Shown here: piece by piece, positions 1 to 12,300 of the stretch | Position numbering within the stretch: the first letter of the stretch is position 1 | Layout of the letters: the number at the start of each line of letters is the position of its first letter | Source of the DNA: Fidelibacterota bacterium | Lineage (GTDB): Bacteria; Fidelibacterota; Marinisomatia; Marinisomatales; JABMOV01 | NCBI GenBank assembly: GCA_046861395.1 | Contig: JBHHUC010000008.1 | Location: 1 to 57,878, forward strand | Reading direction: 5' to 3' | DNA length: 57,878 bases | Notes under the pieces: generated by a model | What the model was told of the DNA's origin: nothing | Database searches by the model: none | Seen by the model: only the letters and a program-made list of their open reading frames with translations | Made by a program: the position numbers and the translations under genes

Positions 1-306
1 CGATGGCAATGGGACCTTTGGCGCCCAACAGGTCATAACCACCCTGGCAGATGGTCCTCGGTCGGTCCATGTCTCAGACCTGGATGGTGATGGTGACATG
101 GATGTGTTATCTGCCTCCTATGGAGATGATAAGATAGCGTGGTATGAGAACACCGATGGCAATGGGACCTTTGGCGCCCAACAGGTCATAACCACCCTGG
201 CAGATGGTGCTCAGTCAGTCTATGCCTCAGACCTGGATGGTGATGGTGACATGGATGTGTTATCTGCCTCCTATCTTGATGATAAAGTAGCGTGGTATGA
301 GAATAC
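1..306 (+). repeat. Two tandem 153-bp FG-GAP-coding repeats
   Basis: Units 1-153 and 154-306 differ at about 11 positions by hand alignment (~93% identical). Confidence 0.92.
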
Positions 307-3300
307 ATTGGCCCCCCCGGCCAATATTTCCGCCGAGCCTGGGAACGGTAAGGTTACCCTGAGCTGGGACCCGGTGAGTGCCCTGAACCTGGTGAAGTAT
401 CGCATCTACCGCGGGCGGACCCCCTGGAACATCAATTTACTGGACAGCGTGGTGGCTGCTTCCCCGCCGGATACATTCTACATCGACACCAATGTGCAAA
501 ATGACACCACTTATTACTACTACGTCACCGCTGTAGACAGCGCCGGGCAAGCCAGTCTAAATTCCGATACGGTGAGCGTTACGCCCACGGTTGGCGTAAC
601 CGTGGAACTCTTGGCCGGAGCCAGCGCTACTTCCAGCGGTGGCAACGATCAGGGCTATCCCCTTAACACATATTACCATGATGTAAAACACCAATCAATC
701 TATCAGGCCGGTGATTTGTCCAGCGCCGGGATGAATCCCGGCGCCAATATTGTGGCGGTGGAGCTCTATCCGGCCCAGTCACCAGGAATGTCCTTGCAGA
801 ATTTCCGCATTGCCACAGCCTGGACGAACAACCCCACCCTGACCTCCTTTGACACCACCACTAACGTCCGGTACGGCCCAGCCTCTCATAATGCCAACGA
901 TTTTCCAATGGGTCAGTGGGTCCGATTCAACATCGATCCTATCATTTGGGATGGCAATGAACATTTGATTTTGGAATTCAGCCACGATAATGACGCTTGG
1001 GCCTCCGGCGGTGGTGTCTATCTCCATGAGGCCGGTCCCGGCCGCGCCCTCCGCGGCTGGAGTGATTCCCAGGCTGGTAATTACCCGTTTAATAACAGCA
1101 TGACCTCCGTCAGTGACACCAAGGTTCCCTGGCTGCGGCTGGTGTACACCGAGCCAGCCGCCTTGCCTCCCACCAACCTGACCGCCATTGGACTATATGG
1201 ACAGGTAAATCTGAGTTGGACCGCATCCATTACCACTGGTGTTATCAAATATTATATTTACCGTGAAACCGGTACCGGAACCACGGCTCTTATCGATTCG
1301 GTGGGCGCCGATACCCTGACCTATGCCGATGCCAATGTTAACAACGGTTCCACCTATACCTACGCCGTGTCGGCTAAGAAATCCACTGGAGAGGAAAGCG
1401 CCCTGTCCGCAGCAGTATCTGCTGTTCCTCAAGTGGCCGCCCCGGGCAACCTGACAGCTACCGCGGCCAGCCGTAAGGTAACCTTGTCCTGGGATGCCCC
1501 GGGAACCGGAGCGAGCTACATCAAGATTTATCGTGGCTTTTCCGCCGCCAACCTTTCCCTGGTGGACAGCACCAGTGATGCCACTGTGACGTCTTATACC
1601 GATCAGAATCTGGCCAACGGTGTCACCTATTATTATGCTCTACGCACCCATGCCCAGGATGGCACCGAAAGTGACTATTCCAGCACGGTGTGGGCCACGC
1701 CGGATTACCTGGGACCGGTCTGGTGGGTGGCTACCACCGGAAATGATGCCGGTGACGGCAGCGAAACGTCACCCTTCCAGCATATTCAAACTGCCATCGA
1801 CAAAGCCACACATGGCGATACGGTACGGGTCAAGGCCGGAGTCTATACGGGTTTCGGCAATTATGATCTGAGTTTCGGGGGGCACAATATTGTCCTCATG
1901 GGGGACACGGTGGCAGGTGAAGTGGTCATTGATGTGGGGGCTGGCCCCGGAAATCAACACCGTGGTATAGTCATGACCAATGCGATTTATGCCGATTCCG
2001 CCAAAATCAAGGATTTGAAAATTATCAACGGATATACGTCGGGCAGTGACGCGGGCGGAGCCATCCTTCTGGATAATGTAGGCCAGATGAAGATTGAAGG
2101 CTGCCGAATCGGCCCGGGAAACTGGTCCAGTGACGGAGCTGGAATCGCCATTTTCAATACCGATGTAACCATCACTGATTCTCGTATCAAGGGAAATCAC
2201 GGTTCCACTACGGGTGACGTTAATGGTATTGGCCTGCATGTGGAATTCTGGGATCCGGGTCATGTAATTACGCTGGAGAATTGTGTCATCAATGGTAATA
2301 CCGTTGATTTGAGTGGTAGTAGTTATGCGGCCTATGGCGGCGGTTTCTATATTTCTGGAAATGGCAACAGCGGCAACGAAGTCCGTTTCCTCAACAGCAT
2401 AATCCGGAACAATCAGGTTGTCAACAACGGCAGCGGTCGCTCGGCGTACGGCGGGGGTGGATACATCGAACAGAGTGCCACGGTAACCTTTGTCCATAGT
2501 CTGATCACGGAAAACAGCGCTTCTAACAGCGTGGATTCCTGGGGCGCCGAGGGCGGCGGGCTGCTGGTGGACGGGAATGGCACGGTGGTTAATATCTTGA
2601 ACAGCATTGTATGGGATAACAATGCTTCCAATCCCGGAACGGAAATGATTGCATCCTCGGGTTCACCAACATACCAGGCCAATTACAGCGATTTCCAGAC
2701 AGCCATTGCCGGTACGGGAAATTTGAATGTGGATCCATTATTGGTTGATCCCGCCTCCCGGGATTATCGCCTCAGTGATGCCAGTACCCTGATCGGGGCT
2801 GGTATTGCCAGTGGAACCACTTGGCCCGGTCAGGACCTGATTCCGGCCACAGATTTCCTGGGGAACAGTCGTCCCGCTCCTGTCGGCAGTAATCCGGACC
2901 TGGGACCCTTTGAAAATAGCCTGGATGTATCACCTTATCCCTCCAAACCTACCGGACTGTCCGCAATTGCGGGTGATGGACAAGTAACGTTGGAATGGAC
3001 CGCCAACAGCGAACCGGATATTGCTACATACGGGATTTATTACGGAATAGCGTCTGCTCCCGGAGTGAAACAGGCCGAGACCAGCGATGGATCCGCCACC
3101 TCCTACTCCGTGACGGGATTGAGCAACAATATCACATATTATTTCCGCATCACAGCCATTGATGCGGATGGCTATGAAAGTGATTTTTCCAATGAAGTAA
3201 ATGCCACGCCACAATATTCCGGTACAGACATTTACGTAGATGTGGATTCAATCAATGCCGGCTACACTGCTGATGGTTCTACCACAAGGCCGTATGGATC

Positions 3301-6300
3301 CATTCAAGAAGCAATCAATGCTGCCAGTGATGGTAATCGTATTTTAGTTAAACCGGGCCTCTATACCACGACTGGCGCTAATCCATCAGTTGACCTGGCA
3401 GGGAAAAATATTGTTATTGAATCCACAGATGGACCGACAAATACCATCATTGATGGAGGCGGAAGTTCGGGCGGACATATAGTGGTAAATATTGATTTTG
3501 ATGGATCCGGTGTGACTGCTTCGCCGTACAATCCACAAATGATTGGTTTTACAATCACTAACGGTGCTGGTGATGAACACTTGATGGTAATAAATGGTCC
3601 AACATACCTTAGTGGTAGTTCAGTATCCTGGGAACCAAAATTTGTGAATTGCCGCTTTACAAATACAACTAGGACTTCACTTTTGGGTGAAGCTGTTATT
3701 AGGATTCAGGAAGCATCACCGGTGTTTGATAATTGTACTTTCAGAAATTTATCTTGTGCTCCCTCATCCTCACCAAGTAATTCTTCAGTAGAAGCACCGA
3801 TTGCCCTACATGGAAGCTGGAATAATGCTGATGGAACAGTCCATGTCCCACAATTCTTGAATTGCGTGATAGCAGGTAATTCAAATACCTTGGGCAATGG
3901 TGTTCAGAATAATGGAATTACGTTTAATGGTGGGGCTGTCTTTATTGGATTTGGAATGGCGCCCAGTTTTGAAAACACTCGAATTGATTCCAACAGCATA
4001 GATGCCATGAATAGTCCAACCAATATGTCATGGAGTGAATCAAATGGTGGTGCAATTTATATCAATGATTATTTTGATCAATCCCCGACTCCTATACAGT
4101 TTAATAATTGTTCCATAAGTGGAAATTCTAACACGGGTGTGGATGTTGCAGGTGGAGCTGTATTCAGTAGGCATCCTTATGTACAGTTCACAAATTGTCT
4201 GATTACAGATAATGCTCTCGAGGCAGTTTATAATACCAATAATCAAAGTTCTGATGCGCAAGGTGGCGGAATCTATGTTGATATACAACCCACGGATAAT
4301 TATCCTTACGGTGGAACGACGTATGGCCCGACAGTTGATCTCATCAATGTAACCCTGGCAAATAATACTATAACCCAATCAACAAATGGCAGTTGGGCCG
4401 GCGCAGGAATTTATCGTGACAATACAAACGCCCATTTTACCATATTTAACTCCATTATTGCCCAAAATGATGTGATAAATGCAATAGCAACCGATCATGA
4501 AAATATGTCTACAAGCTGGGGTCCATTTGGATCATCATCCCTGGATGCCGCTTACTCACTAATTGAATTTACCGCTGAGGCAGGTATTACCGGCGATTAT
4601 ATGCTAGACGCCGATCCGGGATTTGTGGGAAATGGAGACTATAGTCTCGATATTTCCAGTATAGCTATTGGTATGGGCGGTGCCTCCTTTGGAAGCTATT
4701 CAGCTCCAGCCACGGATTATTTTGGCAATCCCCGGCCCACGACCAGCTATAACCCTGGGACGGGAGTTTTTGGTCCGGACCTGGGCGCCATTGAAAATAG
4801 CCTTACAGTTTCTCCCTACCCCAATGCACCAGAGAACCTGACGGTGACGGATGAGAATGATTCCACGGTAACGCTGACCTGGGATGCCCCGGCGGATAAT
4901 GATATTGCTAAATATCGTATATATTCCGACACATTTTCACCTGCAGGATCCCTGATCGACAGCGCTGTTGGTGTTACAACCAAGCAGGTACGAGGATTAA
5001 CAAATGGTACAACGTACTATTTCCGTGTAACAGCAGTAGATTTGGACGGATATGAATCCGAACTTTCCAATGAAGTAACAGGAACACCACGTTATAAAGG
5101 TCCCGTTTGGTATGTGGATGATGCTGTGGGAACGATTTCTACTGACCGGGATGGTTCACCAGCCAATCCTTTCGGTGATATTGGCGATGTTTTTGATAAT
5201 GCACCCATGAATTCGGGTGATACGATTATGGTATTACCTGGTACTTATTCCGATTCAGATGATCGAAATCTTCATGCGCCAGATTTCCCCTTTGTCTTAA
5301 TGAGTCGCGATGGTCCGGAAACAACTATTATTGAATTAATCTCCGGATCAGTGCCGAAATACCAGTTTTTCACTTTTGATCAGGAGGCGGACAGCAGTAC
5401 AAAAGTTATCGGATTTACGATACAAAATGGCGGCGGTTATGAATTCGGCACCGGAAATAACGGATATAATAATGGTGGTGCCATGGTATTTGAAAGCACC
5501 TTTGATTCAGGAACAAATCAACATGCGGAAGTAAGCCCGGTTATTCGTAATTGTCGTTTTGTAAATAATACTACCAACGCGGCAAATAATTTAAGCGGCG
5601 GGGCCGTGTTTATCAGCGGCGCTTCACCCACTTTTGAGCAATGTGAATTTGTTGATAATACGGCTCCATGGAATGGTGGTGCTGTCTTTATTAATTCACA
5701 CGAGGATAACGGAATTCTGCATCAAGCCGAACCAATTTTCCGGGATTGTCTTTTTGAAGGTAATTCGGTTATCGATAATGGTGGAGATGGTGGAGCCATT
5801 TATTTAGATTGGCGTAATGCAATCGCGACTTTTGAACGGTGTCGTTTTCTGAATAATCATGCCCCCAATGCCGGTGGTGCCATCTTTTCCTCTTATGGTG
5901 GTGGTGCATCCCAGCCGATTGTGTGGGTAACAATAAAAAACAGTCTTTTTGCCGGGAATACTACGGCCTATTATGGGGCTGCAATGGTGATTGAGGGGCA
6001 AGATTCCTACGTTCTCATGGAACATTGCACAATTACCGAGAACGTGAGCCCCTGGGAAGCCTGCAAGATGACCAACGCGTTTATTTACAATTCCATTGTC
6101 TGGAACAATTCCCACGATGGCGAGGGCTTGGCGCTCAGCGGACTGAATGGTGATGTAGAAATCATTAATTCATTAGTAGAAAATGGTGAAATGACACCAG
6201 GGTTTGATGCCACCACCGGCCTTGTAATAGATCCGGTGTTCAAGGACACAACCAATGGTGACTATTCCCTGAGCCTGGCATCCTTCGCCTTGGGGGCCGG

Positions 6301-9300
6301 ATTAACACAATATGATCATCCCGTTACGGGTGAAACCGTATTCATCGACGGCCTTGATCTGGCCGGTAATCCCAGAATTTCGCCCGACGGATCCAATCCC
6401 GATCTAGGTGCCTACGAATCGGTCTGGCCGGCCACACCCTATCCAGATCCACCATCCGATCTCAGCGCTACGTCGATGCACAGATCTGTGGAATTGAACT
6501 GGTCCTTCCCGGCAGCGGAAGATGTGGTGACGTATTATGTTTATCAGAGTCCCGATTCGCTGAACTTTACCCCCGTTGACACTGTCAGCGGACGCTTCAA
6601 CAACCGGACCACCATAACTGGATTGACGAACCAGGAAGATTATTTTTACTACGTCACAGCCGTAGATACTGCGGATCGCGAAAGTCAGCCGTCAAACGGC
6701 GTGGGCGTGCTGCCGAAGTACCACGGGCCAGTTTGGTATGTCGATGACGATGCCACGGGACCACTGTTCGAAGGGAGTTTCGACGATCCTTCGGACAATA
6801 TCCGTGACATGATATTTGCGTCCCAGGACGGCGACACTATTCTCCTGCGTCCTGGTACCTTCTCCGGCAACGATAACCGTGAATTGAATTTCCAGGAACT
6901 GGATGCTTTCGGGGGTGTCACCAGCGAACCACGCAACCTGGTACTCATGGGAGAATATGGTCCCGATTCCACCATTATTGATTTATCCGGTTTTGGTTTT
7001 CGTGATAATCGTCTCCTGGATGTGACCAGCGGGGAAAGCCTGGATTCGAAGCTCGTGGGCCTGACTATCCTTAATGGTGAGGCAAACGATATTAATCCCA
7101 TAATCCGAGTTGAAGGTAGTTCCCTGACAATCGAGAATTGCATATTCCGAGACAACACAAATACTGGCAATTCAGGCCCCATTGTACTTGCAGGAAATAA
7201 TTCAGCATTTATCCAATTGGATAAATGCCTGTTTGAAAATAATACGGGGACGAATTCGGTGGGGACCATATTCGCGGATAATTTTGCTATATTCAATTCA
7301 GTTTTTTACCAAAACACGGCACACTTAGGTGCAGCAATTGCGTGGAATCCCCCACCAAATTCTTACGCCAATATTGTAAATTGCCTCTTCCTGGAAAATC
7401 AAAGTACCGAATCGATAAGCGGCGGAGCGATTTGGGATCAGGGGAATACCAACACCAGCCTGTCCATTTATAATTCCATATTTTGGGACAATATCAGCAA
7501 TGGCAATGACCCCGATGTCGGGAACGCCCGCAGCGGCGTCCATTATTGCGTTGTTCAGAATCCCGGGAATTATGCCAGTGATAACTTCAGTTTTGATCCG
7601 CTGATTGTTGATCCAGCAAACGGAGACTTTTCATTGGACAGTCATTCCCCGGCCATCGGTCTGGCCAGCACTGACTTTTTCAGTAGCATTACACAACAGT
7701 TTGAATTGGTGCCGGATCTCGATTATTACGGTAACCCCAGGCCTCAACCGGCCGGCAGCACTCCGGACCTGGGTCCCATCGAGCACGAACGGGACATCCA
7801 GCAGTATTATGTCTATCATGTTTCCCCGGTGGGTAATGATAATACCGGTGATGGTCTCATCAATCCCTTCCAAACCATTCAGCGGGGTATTGATGAAGCG
7901 TTCATGTATGATACCGTCGATGTGGCGCCGGGGTTATACACGGGTACCGGGAACACAGCCCTCGACTTTGGTGGCATGCCCATCGTGGTTCGATCCTCCA
8001 GTGGCCCAGATGTGACCACGATTGATTGTGAAAACAATGCCATCGCCATCGAATTTAGTACAGATGAAACCCGTGCTGCGATGATTGCCGGGTTTACGAT
8101 CAAACAGGGCTATACATCGATGCAGGGTGGCGCACTGCAAATATTCAATGCATCGCCAACAATTCGGAATATGGTTTTCCTGAACAATGCCGCCGATGCC
8201 GGTGGAAAAGCCATCTATATCAATGGTGGCAGCCCACAGTTTGAAAATTGCATCGTGTATGGCAATGACGGTGGTGGCGGAACCATTTATTCCGAGAATG
8301 CTGATCCGGTCTTTACCCATTGTACAGTGGTCAATAACCTGTCCCCCGACCCCTCCGGGGCATTCCTGGTGGATGGTGGTTCTCTCACGGTTCATAATTC
8401 CATCGTAGCCAATAATACCGCCATCGGGGAAGAGTTCACGGATATTTCTGGCAACTCATCGTTTAATGTAGACCATTCCGTTGTCATGGGCTTTGTTGAT
8501 GGTATTCGGGTTTTCAGCGGTCGGCCTTCACTGGCGAATCCCGCTGCGGGACAGTTTGGTCTGAAAGATCATTCCGTGGCTATCGGCTTGGCCGACACCT
8601 CGGATTTTGTAGTTGCGGATATCCTTGGAAATACCCGCACCGTCAGTGACACCACCGCACCGGATGCCGGTGCTATAGAGTCTGTCCTGGCTTCACCTGA
8701 TACGTCGCTGTACAATCCTCGTACGTGGTTTGTTTCTCCGACAGGCGATGATTTTGGTACAGGAGTGGTTGGCGATCCTTATGCCACCATCCAGCGCGCA
8801 CTGAATAAGGCCATCTGGGCCGATACCGTTCGCCTCCTGCCCGGGACCTATGTCCAGAATCTGTCCACCGACGGCAAGGATATCATCGTGCAGGGTGGAG
8901 GTGATCCCGACAATACCATCATCACAGGAACGGCGTTTCTATTCGACGGTTCGCCAACGCTGGCTGGTCTGGCTTTCCGTGGTACCAGCGTAGTCTTGGA
9001 TATGAACAACAGCAATCCGGAAATCCATCACGTTGAAATCAGTGGCAACAACGGTGCGCCGGCTCTATTAGTGGCTCAGCATGCCGAACCGGTACTGGAT
9101 CAGGTCACAATTTCGGATAATACCGGAACCTTATACTATGCCATCGATACATCATTGATCCTGGTGAAAAATTCAATTGTTTGGAATTCCGCCACCGGAA
9201 TTGATGCCGACGGAACGAATACATTCGATATTACCTACAGCCGAACCACCAATACTGGAACCGGCAATGTAACGGTGACACCGGAATTTCTTGATGTGAA

Positions 9301-12300
9301 TAATTACCGGCTCTTTGCCCATTCGTTGCTGATCAATGCGGGTAATCCCGCTGATACCGATGCCGATGGGACCCGGGCTGACATGGGAGCCTATCCCTAT
9401 TTGTCTTTCCATGATGGACCGGACTGGTATGTCTCCAGTTCAGGCAATAATGCCGGAGGCGACGGGTCCTATGCCAATCCGTTTTCAACTGTACAGGCCG
9501 GGATCAACTTTGCCCAACCCGGTGATACCGTATTCGTGGACGTTGGAACCTATGATGGCCCCATAGCACTACGGGAGGCCGACATTGTGCTTAGCGGAGA
9601 ATATGGTGAAACCACCCTGGACGGCCAGAACGGGAACCGTATTCTAGATATTCCCGCTGGACTGACCTCCGCCACTGTGGTGGAGAACTTCAAATTCACG
9701 GGAGGTTCGGCCCTCACCGGTGGCGCTATTCGCATTAACGGGAGCAATCCAGTCATTCGGAATAATGTGTTCACCGGTAACCTTGCCGGACCATCCGGGT
9801 CCGTATTGGACATTAGCGGAGGTTCACCACTGGTTACTTATAATGTTTTTTCGGATAATTCCGGTAATGTCATCAATGTAGGCGCCGGGGCACAACCGGA
9901 AATAGTAAACAATACTTTGGCGGATAACAGCGGTACCGCTCTGGCCAGTGCATCTGAATTGACACCCCAGGTACGCAATACCATATTCTGGAATAACGGT
10001 ACTGAAATCAGCGGCACCGTGGCCGTCACGTATTCTGACATTCAGGGTGGGGTGACTGGAGCTGGAAACATCGACAGTGATCCACTCTTTAGCGATGCTG
10101 CCGCTGGCGATTACTCGCTTGATTTACTCAGTCCCTGTGTGGATACGGGCGATTCGACGGATACTGCAGATCCTGATGGCTCCCGACGGGATATGGGTGC
10201 TGTCCCCTTATACCGGACATTCGTGGGCGGTAATACGGGAGGCACGAATATCGAAGTAAACCCCGATACATCCGTGTTCGTCGATTCCACCCTCATTGTT
10301 GACACCAATGATACGTTATTCATCGACCCCGGTTCGACGGTTTACCTGGGAGATGGAGTATCCATCATTATCAATGGAACCCTGATGGCTCATGGTGATG
10401 TGGTTGACCCCATCGAATTCACCACCCTATACCCCGACCAGCATTTCAACGGAATTGTTCTCTTTGGCGGGACAGGTGGTAGCCGGGTGGATCCGGAGTA
10501 TGATTATTTGACGATTTCCAATGTTGCTACCGGATCGGTGCCTCTGACGGTGAATGGTAATGCCACTCTGAACCATTTTACCATTGCAGGCAACGATACA
10601 ACCGTTCATTCGCTGGAAACGGATGGAACCGTGACGGTGAATTATTCGGTCTTTGAAAGTTCCACCGGGGGAACCGGAACGGTTATTGCCCTCAACTCCT
10701 TTTTAGATGATACCTCCGAATTTGCGTCCTGGTCGACTGGCGATTATTCCCTGAATCCGGCCTCTTTGGCCATCGATGTGGGTAACGCCGAGGTAGCCTC
10801 CAATATTGATCCCGACTTCACGTACTCTGACGCTGGTGCCTTGTATCATGACCAGACACAGTATCCGGTAAATACAGCAGAAGTTATTTATCCGGCAGTG
10901 GGTGATACGGTGGATGTCAGCCCCGACACCAGTTCCATCCTTGGATTGGATGTGTTTGCCCAGACCTGGAATGTGTATGATCGATTCAAGACCAACCCGA
11001 TTCTGGACTGGGATGTGAATACAGTGAATGGAACATTTGGAATAACCATCACGGATTCCAGTGATATTGAAGGGATTTCCCAAAACCTGTTTATGACATC
11101 CACGCAGGCCGGGGATTATTGTGAATTTACCGTATCCGCCGACGGTGTAACCGGTATATCGGGTGCATTTCGGGTCGTTCCAGGCCAACCGGATTCGCTT
11201 GAATTGTATGCTCAAACCGATACGGTTATGACCCAACAAGACACCCTGCAAATTGAAGTCAGTGTATTTGATCAGTTCGCCAATTTGGTCCAGGATGGTG
11301 AAGAAGTAATCTGGTCCATCGTTCCCCTGACGGGCACCGGCGCAGGATTCAGTCTGGCGACGACGACATCCCTGACGGAAAATGGTATTGCGGCCAATGA
11401 AATCTTAACCGATCCCAATACGGCCCTGGCGGTGGGAGACGGTGTTCTGGTGGAGGCGGAAGCGAATGGAGTGGTATTGCAAAGCAAGGAAATATACATC
11501 GTACCGGATGACATCTATAATCTGTCCATGCCGCCGGCCTTGACTGACGCACCGATTGATCTCTCCGCTGATATTCACAGTATGGAAATCAGTGCCACTA
11601 TGATTGATACGTTTAACAATCCCCTGGAAGGTGTGGAAGTTTTCTGGGAGCTGGTCGATATGGGAAGTCCGGACGGTTCGTTTGATGCAACGTCCTCGTT
11701 TACCGATGCTTCCGGTACGGCCCGCACTACTCTGACATCGGGCACGGTTACCGGCTATCAATACCAGGTCCGCGGTGTAGTGACGGAAGGATCACTGGTT
11801 GCGGCTTTAAGCCGGGATGAATCAGTAAATGAAAACCGACTTGCAGGCAAGGGAAAGGGTGCGTTCATGCAACCGGTGATTGCCATTCCGATCATCGCAG
11901 GAAGCCGGACCGATGATGAAAGCCGGGATGCCATCTTTGATCTGGATGATACAACGGCTGTCATTACCATTATTCCCGGCGTCCAGCATCATATGGTATT
12001 TGACCTGGTGCAGGATACCGTAGTGACGCAATTCGAAGATTTACCCCTGAGTGTTACGGTGTATGACCAGTACGGGAATACGGTAGCGAATGGCACGGAA
12101 GTGCAATGGACTTTGCAACCGATTACAACCGGAATAACACTGGCAAATCCGGTGTCAACCACGACTGATGGTGTTGCAACCAATATTGTCCATACAGAAC
12201 CGACGGCTGCGTTGGGTTCCAATGTGACGGTGGAAGCCGCATCGGGTTCAATAGCATTTACCAGTGCTACAATTACAGTTGTTGCAGATGATCCTTATGC

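Noticed and set aside
98..100. ATG 98 as the start of the giant protein
   Set aside because: It is the Met within an FG-GAP repeat (DGDMDV). The frame is open to the window edge and no signal peptide follows.
1..306. DGR template/variable repeat pair or CRISPR array
   Set aside because: The repeats are contiguous in-frame coding units. Mismatches are not adenine-specific, there are no spacers, and no reverse transcriptase or cas gene is in the window.
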